Position numbers and translations under genes: made by a program. The notes beneath the pieces are model-generated. The model saw only the letters and a program-made list of their open reading frames with translations. It searched no databases and was not told where the DNA came from. A stretch of DNA of 8,454 bases from Escherichia phage If1, in the sequence record NC_001954.1. The stretch is one strand, 5' to 3'. Shown piece by piece: positions 1 through 7,132 of the stretch (positions are counted from its first letter, which is position 1; each line of letters begins with the position of its first letter).

Positions 1-291
1 ATGAGTGAGTTAGGAAATCTGGAAACCACTGTTACCGGAAAAATCAAACGATTTAATAACGGCGGCGGCTATTATTACACTACAGTGGTTTCTCCTGCCG
101 CTGACGCATATAGTTTCCCTCCAGTTATACGCATTAAGTCCAAGAAATCACTTGGCCGTGTGGGGGATGAGATAGCAGATATTCACTGCCGAATTACAGG
201 TTATGAACGTAGCTTTCCATATACAGATAAACAAACAGGTGAGCAATCCCGTGGTTTTAACGTAGACATGCTTCTTGAACTTCTGGAATAA
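1..291 (+). CDS. V: Gene V product, ssDNA-binding protein (by position and size; weak sequence resemblance)
   Basis: 96-aa ORF directly upstream of the VII/IX/VIII block. Its stop TAA (289-291) is followed by ACATG of gene VII, matching the Ff TAACATG junction. SD-like AAGGTG (8444-8449) lies at the window 3' end, 4-5 nt before the ATG at 1 when the sequence is circularised. The frame is closed upstream by TGA at 8434-8436. Confidence 0.6.
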   Translation: MSELGNLETTVTGKIKRFNNGGGYYYTTVVSPAADAYSFPPVIRIKSKKSLGRVGDEIADIHCRITGYERSFPYTDKQTGEQSRGFNVDMLLELLE

Positions 292-293
292 AC

Positions 294-392
294 ATGTCTG
301 CAACAGACTTCGATTCTCTGTATCAATTAATATTTAATGCCGGGCTTGTTATTTGTTTTGGCCTTGGCGTTATTAGTGGTGGTCAAAGATGA
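294..392 (+). CDS. VII: Gene VII minor coat protein (virion tip)
   Basis: 32 aa, MSATDFDSLYQLIFNAGLVICFGLGVISGGQR. Close to M13 pVII as I recall it (MEQVADFDTIYQAMIQISVVLCFALGIIAGGQR). Not in the ORF track because it is short. Its stop overlaps the gene IX start (ATGA at 389-392). Confidence 0.85.
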   Translation: MSATDFDSLYQLIFNAGLVICFGLGVISGGQR

Positions 393-487
393 GTGCACTA
401 TCTTACTTCTTTGCTGCTTATTGTATTGGATGGGTTATATCCCATTCTATTCTGGTGTTTAAAAAACTATCTGAGGTTTCAACATGA
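389..487 (+). CDS. IX: Gene IX minor coat protein (virion tip)
   Basis: 32 aa, MSALSYFFAAYCIGWVISHSILVFKKLSEVST. Hydrophobic, same length and position as M13 pIX. ATGA overlap with gene VIII start (484-487). Confidence 0.8.
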   Translation: MSALSYFFAAYCIGWVISHSILVFKKLSEVST

Positions 488-708
488 AAAAATCAGTCGT
501 TGCAAAAATCATTGCTGGCTCAACTCTGGTTATTGGTTCATCTGCCTTTGCAGCAGATGATGCAACCAGTCAGGCTAAAGCTGCTTTTGATTCTTTAACC
601 GCTCAGGCAACCGAAATGTCCGGGTACGCATGGGCGCTTGTTGTTCTTGTTGTTGGTGCTACGGTGGGAATTAAGCTCTTTAAGAAATTTGTAAGCCGCG
701 CATCCTAA
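484..708 (+). CDS. VIII: Gene VIII major coat protein (procoat with signal peptide)
   Basis: 74 aa with signal peptide, acidic N-terminal segment (AADDATSQAKAAFDSL), hydrophobic core (YAWALVVLVVGATVGI) and basic C-terminus (KLFKKFVSRAS). Near-collinear with M13 pVIII as recalled. Confidence 0.95.
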   Translation: MKKSVVAKIIAGSTLVIGSSAFAADDATSQAKAAFDSLTAQATEMSGYAWALVVLVVGATVGIKLFKKFVSRAS

Positions 709-739
709 TTCAACATTATTTCGCTTCAACCATTCATTT

Positions 740-763
740 GGGTGGCGTCTGCCACCCCTTATT
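740..763 (+). terminator. Rho-independent terminator-like hairpin after gene VIII
   Basis: GGGTGGC(740-746)-GTCT-GCCACCC(751-757), a perfect 7-bp GC-rich stem, followed by CTTATT. Same position as the strong terminator after gene VIII in Ff phages. Confidence 0.55.
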
Positions 764-775
764 AAGGTAGCATAA

Positions 776-2158
776 ATGAAGAAAATAATTATTGCTTTAT
801 TTTTTGCTCCTTTCTTTACCCATGCAACTACAGACGCTGAATGTTTAAGTAAACCCGCATTTGATGGCACATTAAGTAATGTCTGGAAAGAAGGAGACTC
901 ACGTTATGCAAATTTTGAAAACTGCATTTACGAACTTTCGGGTATTGGTATCGGTTATGATAATGATACTTCGTGTAATGGGCACTGGACGCCTGTTCGT
1001 GCTGCTGATGGCTCTGGCAATGGTGGTGATGATAATTCATCTGGCGGGGGTAGTAATGGAGACTCAGGAAACAATTCTACGCCAGATACAGTAACACCCG
1101 GGCAGACTGTGAATTTACCGTCTGACTTATCTACTCTGAGCATTCCTGCTAATGTGGTTAAATCTGACTCAATAGGTTCTCAGTTTTCGCTTTATACAAA
1201 TGCCAGTTGCACAATGTGTTCAGGGTATTATCTGTCTAACAATGCTGATTCAATTGCCATTGCTAACATTACGGAAACGGTAAAGGCTGATTATAACCAG
1301 CCTGATATGTGGTTTGAGCAAACCGACAGTGACGGCAATCATGTTAAAATACTACAGAACAGTTATAAGGCTGTTTCTTATAATGTGGAATCAAAACAAT
1401 CTGACGTGAATAACCCGACATACATTAACTATTCTTATTCCGTTAATGTAAAACAAGTTTCCTATGACACATCAAATGTCTGCATAATGAACTGGGAAAC
1501 TTTTCAGAATAAGTGTGATGCCTCACGTGCTGTTTTGATAACTGATACGGTTACGCCATCTTATTCCAGAAATATAACGATACAGTCGAATATTAATTAT
1601 CAGGGTAGCAACGGGTCAGGCGGGTCAGGCGGGTCAGGCGGGTCAGGCAATGATGGTGGCGGAACCGGGAATAATGGCAACGGAACAGGTGATTTTGATT
1701 ACGTCAAAATGGCAAACGCCAATAAAGATGCACTGACTGAATCATTTGACTTGTCAGCTTTGCAGGCCGATACCGGGGCATCTCTTGATGGTTCTGTACA
1801 GGGAACACTGGATTCTTTAAGCGGGTTTTCCGACAGCATAGGTGGACTTGTTGGCAACGGCTCTGCAATTTCTGGTGAGTTTGCAGGTTCATCAGCTGCT
1901 ATGAATGCAATTGGTGAGGGTGACAAATCGCCTCTGCTGGACTCGCTCTCATTTCTGAAAGACGGATTATTTCCTGCCTTACCTGAATTTAAACAATGTA
2001 CACCATTTGTATTTGCTCCCGGCAAAGAGTACGAATTTATTATTGAGTGCAAATACATTGATATGTTTAAAGGGATTTTTGCTTTCATATTATATTTCTG
2101 GACATTCGTTACTGTTTACGATTCTTTTTCTGGAATATTACGTAAGGGAAGGGGATAA
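776..2158 (+). CDS. III: Gene III minor coat / adsorption protein
   Basis: 460 aa with N-terminal signal peptide. N1-like segment (AECLSKP...[16 protein letters not shown]) resembles the M13 g3p N1 domain. Two Gly/Ser-rich linkers. C-terminal domain ([18 protein letters not shown]...[44 protein letters not shown]) is collinear with the M13 g3p C-terminal anchor. Confidence 0.95.
   Translation: MKKIIIALFFAPFFTHATTDAECLSKPAFDGTLSNVWKEGDSRYANFENCIYELSGIGIGYDNDTSCNGHWTPVRAADGSGNGGDDNSSGGGSNGDSGNNSTPDTVTPGQTVNLPSDLSTLSIPANVVKSDSIGSQFSLYTNASCTMCSGYYLSNNADSIAIANITETVKADYNQPDMWFEQTDSDGNHVKILQNSYKAVSYNVESKQSDVNNPTYINYSYSVNVKQVSYDTSNVCIMNWETFQNKCDASRAVLITDTVTPSYSRNITIQSNINYQGSNGSGGSGGSGGSGNDGGGTGNNGNGTGDFDYVKMANANKDALTESFDLSALQADTGASLDGSVQGTLDSLSGFSDSIGGLVGNGSAISGEFAGSSAAMNAIGEGDKSPLLDSLSFLKDGLFPALPEFKQCTPFVFAPGKEYEFIIECKYIDMFKGIFAFILYFWTFVTVYDSFSGILRKGRG
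1613..1648 (+). repeat. Perfect 4x tandem 9-bp repeat (GGGTCAGGC) encoding the (GSG)n linker within gene III
   Basis: Units at 1613-1621, 1622-1630, 1631-1639 and 1640-1648, read directly from the sequence. Confidence 0.9.
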
Positions 2159-2160
2159 CC

Positions 2161-2502
2161 ATGCCAGTTTTTCTGGGGCTTCCTGTTCTGGCAAGATTTA
2201 TTGGATGGCTTGCAGGTGCTCTTATTGCATACGTTGCAAAATTTTTCACATTGGGAATCGCCAGAATAGCACTTGCAATTTCGCTATTTCTTGGCCTTAT
2301 TATCGGTCTGAATGGATTGTTAGTTTCTTATCTTTCAGACCTTACTTCTGTATTGCCACCTGAAATTGCCAGCGCAGTCTCTTATGTTGTTCCGGCTAAT
2401 GCTGCGCCGTGTTTGTATGCGATTTTTTCTCTTAAAGCAGCAGTTTTTATTTTTGACGTTAAAGACAGAATTATAGGATATCTTGACTGGAATAAATCAT
2501 AA
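2161..2502 (+). CDS. VI: Gene VI minor coat protein
   Basis: 113 aa hydrophobic protein (MPVFLGLPVLARF...AISLFLGLIIGLN...YLDWNKS), collinear with M13 pVI. Stop TAA (2500-2502) shares one base with the gene I ATG (2502-2504). Confidence 0.9.
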   Translation: MPVFLGLPVLARFIGWLAGALIAYVAKFFTLGIARIALAISLFLGLIIGLNGLLVSYLSDLTSVLPPEIASAVSYVVPANAAPCLYAIFSLKAAVFIFDVKDRIIGYLDWNKS

Positions 2503-3563
2503 TGGCTGTATATGTCGTAACGGGAAAACTTGGTGCAGGTAAAACACTTGTCGCTGTCGGTAAAATCCAGGACAAAATTGTTTCTGGTTGCAGGGTGGCT
2601 ACGAATCTCGATTTGCGCATTCATAAGCTACCGAGAGTGGGTATATTTGCAAAGTCACCGGATGTAATACGGATACCTGATAAACCATCACTGGATGACT
2701 TACTGGCAATCGGGAGAGGCAATAATTCCTATGATGAAAATAAAAATGGATTACTGGTTCTTGATGAATGTGGGACATGGTTTAACTCACGCTCATGGGC
2801 TGATAAAGAAAGACAGTCCGTAATTAACTGGTTTTTACATGCCAGAAAACTGGGCTGGGATATTATTTTTCTTATTCAGGATTTATCCATCATGGATAAG
2901 CAAGCTCGTGTGGCACTGGCAGAGCATGTCGTTTATTGCCGACGCCTCGATAAAATCACAATTCCATTTATTGGCTCAATTTATAGTGTAATAACGGGAT
3001 CAAAACTTCCGCTACCAAAAGTACATGTCGGGATTGTTAAATATGGTGACTCTCCGCAGTCAATGACCGTAGAACGCTGGACTTATACGGGGCGTGACCT
3101 TTATGCCGCTTATGATACCAAACAGGCATTTTCAGATGCTTATGAGCATTCATCATTTTCATACCTGACACCATATCTTTCACATGGCAGGTATGCCGTA
3201 AAGAGGGACGCTACGTTTTATATGAGACTCACCAGAATCTATTTAAAGAAATATTCCAGAGTATTGTGCCTGTTTTGTGGTTTTGTATCAGCATTCACGT
3301 ACCTCAGTCTGTCCAAGCCGGAAGCGACACCTCAGATAAAACCAGTAACGACGCAGATTATCACATCCCGTTATAAACCATCAGAGTTGAGAATAACAAC
3401 ATCATATCGAATGGGAAATGCAGTTGGTTTTGAGTTTATGGATGCGAAGAAGCAAAAAATTGCATCTGACGATCTAATTAAAGACGGTTTTCGCATGGTC
3501 TATATAACACCTTGTTCGGTAGAGCTTATTAAGGATGGGAAACATGAAAAAGTTACTTGCTAG
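2502..3563 (+). CDS. I: Gene I assembly protein (Zot-like NTPase)
   Basis: 353 aa. Walker A GKLGAGKT near the N-terminus. Extensive collinearity with M13 pI (e.g. NGLLVLDECGTWFN, HARKLGWDIIFL, LTPYLSHGRY). Internal transmembrane segment (RVLCLFCGFVSAFTYLSL). Confidence 0.95.
   Translation: MAVYVVTGKLGAGKTLVAVGKIQDKIVSGCRVATNLDLRIHKLPRVGIFAKSPDVIRIPDKPSLDDLLAIGRGNNSYDENKNGLLVLDECGTWFNSRSWADKERQSVINWFLHARKLGWDIIFLIQDLSIMDKQARVALAEHVVYCRRLDKITIPFIGSIYSVITGSKLPLPKVHVGIVKYGDSPQSMTVERWTYTGRDLYAAYDTKQAFSDAYEHSSFSYLTPYLSHGRYAVKRDATFYMRLTRIYLKKYSRVLCLFCGFVSAFTYLSLSKPEATPQIKPVTTQIITSRYKPSELRITTSYRMGNAVGFEFMDAKKQKIASDDLIKDGFRMVYITPCSVELIKDGKHEKVTC
3222..3563 (+). CDS. XI: Gene XI product (in-frame internal start within gene I)
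   Basis: In-frame ATG at 3222 is codon 241 of gene I, the same relative position as the M13 pXI start (M13 ...KMKLTKIYLKK vs here ...YMRLTRIYLKK). Translation start not verifiable from sequence. Confidence 0.45.
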   Translation: MRLTRIYLKKYSRVLCLFCGFVSAFTYLSLSKPEATPQIKPVTTQIITSRYKPSELRITTSYRMGNAVGFEFMDAKKQKIASDDLIKDGFRMVYITPCSVELIKDGKHEKVTC

Positions 3564-4833
3564 TTTGCTTTGTGTATTGTCATTTCAGAGCTTTGCTATC
3601 CCTGTTGAACTGAATAATGCGCCAGTAAGGGAGTTTGTTTCATGGTATTCAAAAACAACCGGAAAGCCTGTGATTATTTCACCAGACGTAAAAGGGGAAA
3701 TTACGGTTTACTCAGCGGATGTCACCAAAGATGAACTGCCTCAGTTTTTTACTTCGGTTCTCCGGGCGAACGGTTTTGACCTCAGTCCGGGTAATCCTGC
3801 TGTGGTTCAAAAATTTAACCGTAATACGTATGAATATTCCGATTCTTTCTCAGAGCCGGTTCCGGCATCTTCTTATGATGGTGATGTTCCTCCTCCAACT
3901 GGAGACTTTTTCACTAAACCTGAGATACGTGCCAATTTGATTACTCAGACGTATCCGGTCAATAACGTCAGAGCAAAGGATCTCGCACCTGTTATTGATA
4001 TATTCCTGAAGGGGGAAAATATTGCTGGTACTAAAGTTTATCCTTTGATGGGGCGAATATTCTTGCTTGTAACGGCATCAGCATCACAACACAAAGAACT
4101 TGCAGCATTTTTTCCTTCTGTTGATGTGCCAAGAACTCAGGTTCTTGTTGAATCAGTCATTTTTGAAACAACGGCTTCCGATGGTTTTGATTTTTCATTT
4201 GCTGCGGGGGATCCTTCCGGCAGTCCGGTTGCGGGAGGGATCAATACTGACCGTCTCACGTCTGTTTTATCCAGCACTGGCGGTTCCTTTGGTATTTTTA
4301 ACGGGAACATTCTGGGGCTTAGCCTGAAAGCGCTTGAAACATCGAGTAAATCAACGCTTTTATCAATGCCACGCATTCTGACGATGTCAGGTCAACCAGG
4401 AACATTTACAGCAGGGCAAAATGTTCCTTTTGTGACGGGGCGGGTTACGGGAGAAGCTGCAAATGTTAACAATCCATTCCAGACGATCGAACGTCATGAT
4501 GTGGGGATCTCACTGAAGGTTGTTCCGGTCGTGACACCCGGAGGATTGTTAATCATGGATGTTTCGACAAATGCGGATAGTATTTCTGATTCGCAAACGG
4601 CTTCTGACATCATCACAAATACACGCTCAATTTCGACAACCGTTCAGCTAAAATCAGGCCAGACAGTTCTGCTTGGCGGGATGGTAGATAACAGGGAAAG
4701 CGACAGTGATTCATCTGTACCGTGGGTATCAAAAATTCCCTTAATTGGTGCGCTTTTCACGTCCAAAAGCTCAAATGCCAACAAGCGCACGCTGTACATT
4801 CTCATTCGCGCCCGCGTCGTTAACCTGCTTTAA
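3544..4833 (+). CDS. IV: Gene IV secretin (virion export channel)
   Basis: 429 aa from ATG 3544 (MKKLLASLLCVLSFQSFA signal peptide), with AAGGA at 3530-3534 upstream. The ORF track opens at 3535 (432 aa). Strong collinearity with M13 pIV, including the secretin C-domain (VPFVTGRVTGEAANVNNPFQTIERHDVGISLKV...SKIPLIGALF). Confidence 0.95.
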   Translation: MKKLLASLLCVLSFQSFAIPVELNNAPVREFVSWYSKTTGKPVIISPDVKGEITVYSADVTKDELPQFFTSVLRANGFDLSPGNPAVVQKFNRNTYEYSDSFSEPVPASSYDGDVPPPTGDFFTKPEIRANLITQTYPVNNVRAKDLAPVIDIFLKGENIAGTKVYPLMGRIFLLVTASASQHKELAAFFPSVDVPRTQVLVESVIFETTASDGFDFSFAAGDPSGSPVAGGINTDRLTSVLSSTGGSFGIFNGNILGLSLKALETSSKSTLLSMPRILTMSGQPGTFTAGQNVPFVTGRVTGEAANVNNPFQTIERHDVGISLKVVPVVTPGGLLIMDVSTNADSISDSQTASDIITNTRSISTTVQLKSGQTVLLGGMVDNRESDSDSSVPWVSKIPLIGALFTSKSSNANKRTLYILIRARVVNLL

Positions 4834-4929
4834 TCCCGTAGCACCGGCGTTCTCCCTGCGCAGCGGGGGGAACGTTGGTGAGAAGGGCGCTCAGACAGGA
4901 AAATCCCTCCCGATTATCAGGTGGAACAA

Positions 4930-4947
4930 ATCCTGTTTTCACAGGAT
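4930..4947 (+). other. Stem-loop in the gene IV-proximal intergenic region (candidate packaging-signal or minus-strand-origin structure)
   Basis: ATCCTGT(4930-4936)-TTTC-ACAGGAT(4941-4947), a perfect 7-bp stem with a tetraloop and no following T-tract. Confidence 0.35.
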
Positions 4948-5060
4948 ATACAGTAAGACTCACATCATCATAAATACAAAGCGAGACGGGTATCGTAAGA
5001 GTTGCCATGTAGCATTTCCTTTGTGCTGTTGAATTTGTGGGTGCATTTGCACGCGAAGCG

Positions 5061-5085
5061 GTTCGGGGTTCTGTGACACCCGAAC
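5061..5085 (+). other. Stem-loop (7-bp stem, 11-nt loop) in the intergenic region
   Basis: GTTCGGG(5061-5067)...CCCGAAC(5079-5085), read directly from the sequence. Confidence 0.35.
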
Positions 5086-5088
5086 TTT

Positions 5089-5112
5089 ACCGTGGTTTCC
5101 CACGGTATTTTT
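5089..5112 (+). terminator. Plus-strand rho-independent terminator candidate
   Basis: ACCGTGG(5089-5095)-TTTC-CCACGGT(5100-5106) followed by A then T5 (5108-5112). On the minus strand the hairpin is not followed by a T-run, so it is directional (+). It lies immediately before the 3' end of the minus-strand ORF at 5119. Confidence 0.55.
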
Positions 5113-5118
5113 CTAATC

Positions 5119-5310
5119 TTACTCGCTGGACTTGGTTGTGTGAATCAGATCCTTTTCTGTATCTTTTGCATAATTATCAATCAGATGATTAACGATATCA
5201 GTCCAAGTGATCGCACGTCCAGCGGTATGACTGGCATCGATCGCCAGCCGTTCGAGTTTTAGCTTTCGTTCAGCCACGATAGCCATAGTTGTTCGTTTTG
5301 GAGTTGCCAT
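5119..5310 (-). CDS. Small ribbon-helix-helix-like DNA-binding protein (putative regulator; function unknown)
   Basis: 63 aa from ATG (reverse complement of 5308-5310): MATPKRTTMAIVAERKLKLERLAIDASHTAGRAITWTDIVNHLIDNYAKDTEKDLIHTTKSSE. Short N-terminal beta-strand-like segment (RTTMAIV) followed by two predicted helices, as in the CopG/Arc/MetJ pattern. GGAAG lies 5 nt upstream of the ATG. The ORF track starts at an upstream TTG (5322). The only clearly antisense gene relative to the phage operons. Confidence 0.45.
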   Translation of the reverse strand: MATPKRTTMAIVAERKLKLERLAIDASHTAGRAITWTDIVNHLIDNYAKDTEKDLIHTTKSSE

Positions 5311-5329
5311 CTTAACTTCCAAAGGGTAC

Positions 5330-5379
5330 TCCCGCCGACATAAGGCGGGAGGGGAATTTGGACGGGCTTGAAAAGCCCG
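5330..5379 (+). repeat. Left-end subterminal hairpins of the IS (candidate TnpA recognition structures)
   Basis: Hairpin 1: TCCCGCC(5330-5336)-GACATAA-GGCGGGA(5344-5350). Hairpin 2: CGGGCTT(5363-5369)-GAA-AAGCCCG(5373-5379). They lie just downstream of the tnpA stop (5388-5390 on the minus strand) and are separated by a G-rich motif GGGAGGGGAA. Confidence 0.5.
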
Positions 5380-5387
5380 AAGGGTGA

Positions 5388-5768
5388 TCAGCCACGCTGA
5401 TGTTGAATGTATTGCCTAACAACTTCCAGCGGCGCACCTCCGCAGGAGCCAGCAAAGTATGACCTAGACCAGAGCACGGCTTTTCCGTATGCCCCCCGCA
5501 AATCAAGAAATTCGTTTCGCAGACGGCGGGATGTCACTGCTTTCAGTGAGTTAACCAGTACCGAAAGCTGCACTGTTGGTGGGTATTCGATCAGCATGTG
5601 GACATCATCGTACGTCTCCGTTACTTTCTTTAAGTTCCTCGCCCCAAAATCACGGCAGCACTTCTGCCTGCATACTGATGAAATGGCTGCACAGTGTAAC
5701 TCTCCCAGTATCTTTCGACGGTATTTTGTTACAAAGACGAAGATGAACATGCAAAAGGAAGGCAGCAT
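5388..5768 (-). CDS. tnpA: IS200/IS605-family Y1 (HuH) transposase TnpA
   Basis: 126 aa from ATG (reverse complement of 5766-5768); the track ORF opens at TTG 5831. Core motifs present: ...FVTKYRRK..., ...DDVHMLIEYPP... (HuH-region) and ...LWSRSYFAGSCGGAPLEVVRQYIQHQ (catalytic Tyr region). The first His of the HuH motif reads as Asp (D-V-H). Confidence 0.85.
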   Translation of the reverse strand: MLPSFCMFIFVFVTKYRRKILGELHCAAISSVCRQKCCRDFGARNLKKVTETYDDVHMLIEYPPTVQLSVLVNSLKAVTSRRLRNEFLDLRGAYGKAVLWSRSYFAGSCGGAPLEVVRQYIQHQRG

Positions 5769-5852
5769 GTCTTGAACGATTGATTTTATATTTTTGCATT
5801 GAGGTTGGCCGTAAAAGCAGTAATATTGCAAGAAAATCTAGCTACACACTGA

Positions 5853-6143
5853 ATGATGATGCTAATCCTGAAAGCCTACAAATTCAGACTGGAACCAACG
5901 CCTGAACAGTCGCAGCGTTTGCGGCAGTTATGCGGTTGCGCCCGTTTTGTCTGGAATTTAGGTCTTGCGGAGACAAAGCGCATACTTGACTCAGGCGAAA
6001 AGTTACCTTCGGCTTTCGAGTTGAACCGGAGTGATTACAGTGTGGAAAAAAATGCCGGAATACATCTTCTTACAGGATGCCTATACCGACAATCTGCAAC
6101 AAAAGCTGAAAGACCTGCATACCGCATGGAAACGTTGTTTTGA
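5853..6143 (+). CDS. tnpB: tnpB N-terminal fragment (frame 0), out of frame with the main tnpB body
   Basis: Starts ATGATGATG. MMMLILKAYKFRLEPTPEQSQRLRQLCGCARFVWNLGLAE matches the canonical TnpB/OrfB N-terminal signature (KAYKFRLxPTxEQ...GCARFVWN). Only about the first 60 aa look genuine; the rest of the frame runs to a stop at 6141-6143. Confidence 0.7.
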   Translation: MMMLILKAYKFRLEPTPEQSQRLRQLCGCARFVWNLGLAETKRILDSGEKLPSAFELNRSDYSVEKNAGIHLLTGCLYRQSATKAERPAYRMETLF

Positions 6144-7086
6144 TAAAAAGCTCGCAGCTAAGGCTCCGGTATGGAAACGAAAAAATGAGGGCAGAGACTC
6201 AATCCGTTTTGTGAACTTTGAGAAATATTGCTGCCTTGAAAATCGCAGAGTGAAGCTACCGTCAGGTCTTGGGTGGGTAAAATTCCGGCAATCTCAACGT
6301 GTGAACGGTAAAATCAAAAATGCGACAATCAGTCAGTTAGCGGGACAGTGGTATATCTCGTTTCAGGTTGAAATTGAAACGGCAGAACCAAATCACACAA
6401 GCACAACGATAGTCGGTCTGGATGCTGGCGTGGCTAAACTCGCCACGCTGTCAGATGGCACAGTCTTTGAACCTGTAAACAGTTTTCAGAAAAACCAGAA
6501 GAAGCTGGCGAGACTTCAGCGACAGTTAAGCCGCAAGGTCAAATTCAGCAACAACTGGCAGAAGCAGAAACGCAAAATACAGTGTCTGCATTCCCGTATC
6601 GCAAATATCCGCAGAGACTACCTTCATAAAGTCACAACGACCGTCAGCAAAAACCACGCAATGATAGTCATTGAGGATTTGAAGGTCAGCAACATGTCAA
6701 AGTCAGCAGCGGGTACGGTCAGCCAGCCGGGGCGCAATGTCCGGGCAAAATCAGGTTTAAACCGTTCGATACTGGATCAGGGCTGGTATGAAATGCGCCG
6801 CCAGCTTGAGTACAAACAGCTCTGGCGTGGAGGTCAGGTGCTTGCTGTTCCGCCAGCGTACACAAGCCAGCGTTGCGCGTGCTGTGGTCATACAGCGAAA
6901 GAAAACCGCCTGTCACAAAGTCAATTCAGATGCCAGGTATGTGGATATACAGCGAACGCCGATGTAAATGGCGCTCGTAACATTTTAGCGGCGGGGCACG
7001 CCGTACTTGCCTGTGGAGGGACGATGCAGTCAGACCGCCCGTTGAAGCAGGAACCAGACGCTGAGCAATCAGCCGTCACCCACTAA
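6031..7086 (+). CDS. tnpB: tnpB main body: RuvC-like, zinc-finger RNA-guided endonuclease (IS605 OrfB / OMEGA TnpB)
   Basis: 351 aa in frame +1 relative to the N-terminal fragment. RuvC-I (IVGLDAGV), RuvC-II (MIVIEDLKV), zinc finger (CACCGH...CQVCGY) and RuvC-III ([10 protein letters not shown]) all present. Frame opens just after TGA at 6022-6024, with first start-like codon GTG at 6031. Combined with the N-terminal fragment the protein would be about 410 aa. Confidence 0.85.
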   Translation: MITVWKKMPEYIFLQDAYTDNLQQKLKDLHTAWKRCFDKKLAAKAPVWKRKNEGRDSIRFVNFEKYCCLENRRVKLPSGLGWVKFRQSQRVNGKIKNATISQLAGQWYISFQVEIETAEPNHTSTTIVGLDAGVAKLATLSDGTVFEPVNSFQKNQKKLARLQRQLSRKVKFSNNWQKQKRKIQCLHSRIANIRRDYLHKVTTTVSKNHAMIVIEDLKVSNMSKSAAGTVSQPGRNVRAKSGLNRSILDQGWYEMRRQLEYKQLWRGGQVLAVPPAYTSQRCACCGHTAKENRLSQSQFRCQVCGYTANADVNGARNILAAGHAVLACGGTMQSDRPLKQEPDAEQSAVTH

Positions 7087-7091
7087 TGGGA

Positions 7092-7132
7092 ATCCCCCTC
7101 CTGAGTCACGAAGTGCGAAGGTGGGGGAGGAT
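7092..7132 (+). repeat. Right-end imperfect palindrome / G-rich motif of the IS (candidate RE structure and omega-RNA scaffold 3' region)
   Basis: ATCCCCCTCC (7092-7101) ... GGTGGGGGAGGAT (7120-7132), 6-13 nt after the tnpB stop. It can form an imperfect stem with bulges. It resembles the left-end motif GGCGGGAGGGGAA at 5344-5356. Confidence 0.4.

Noticed and set aside
595-1143. Track ORFs 595..870(-), 828..1040(-), 879..1094(+) and 955..1143(-) overlapping gene VIII and gene III
   Set aside because: They lie entirely within or antisense to strongly supported phage genes, have low-complexity or His/Cys-rich composition and no ribosome-binding site. They are frame artefacts of the Gly-rich gene III region.
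1699-2624. Track ORFs 1699..2088(-), 1704..1892(-), 2007..2363(+) and 2382..2624(-)
   Set aside because: Antisense or out-of-frame overlaps of gene III, gene VI and gene I with no independent support. Ff phages have no minus-strand genes in this block.
3719-5032. Track ORFs 3719..3940(+), 4100..4327(+), 4137..4376(-), 4745..5032(+) and 4820..5008(-)
   Set aside because: Alternative frames inside gene IV or spanning the structured intergenic region. No start context or recognisable motifs.
5312-5775. Track ORFs 5312..5506(-) and 5407..5775(+) overlapping tnpA and the IS left end
   Set aside because: The first overlaps the left-end hairpins and the tnpA 3' end in another frame. The second is antisense to tnpA. 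Neither has motifs; an antisense regulatory RNA is conceivable but cannot be supported from sequence alone.
6719-6916. Track ORF 6719..6916(-) inside tnpB
   Set aside because: Antisense to the well-supported tnpB zinc-finger region; GC-rich frame artefact.
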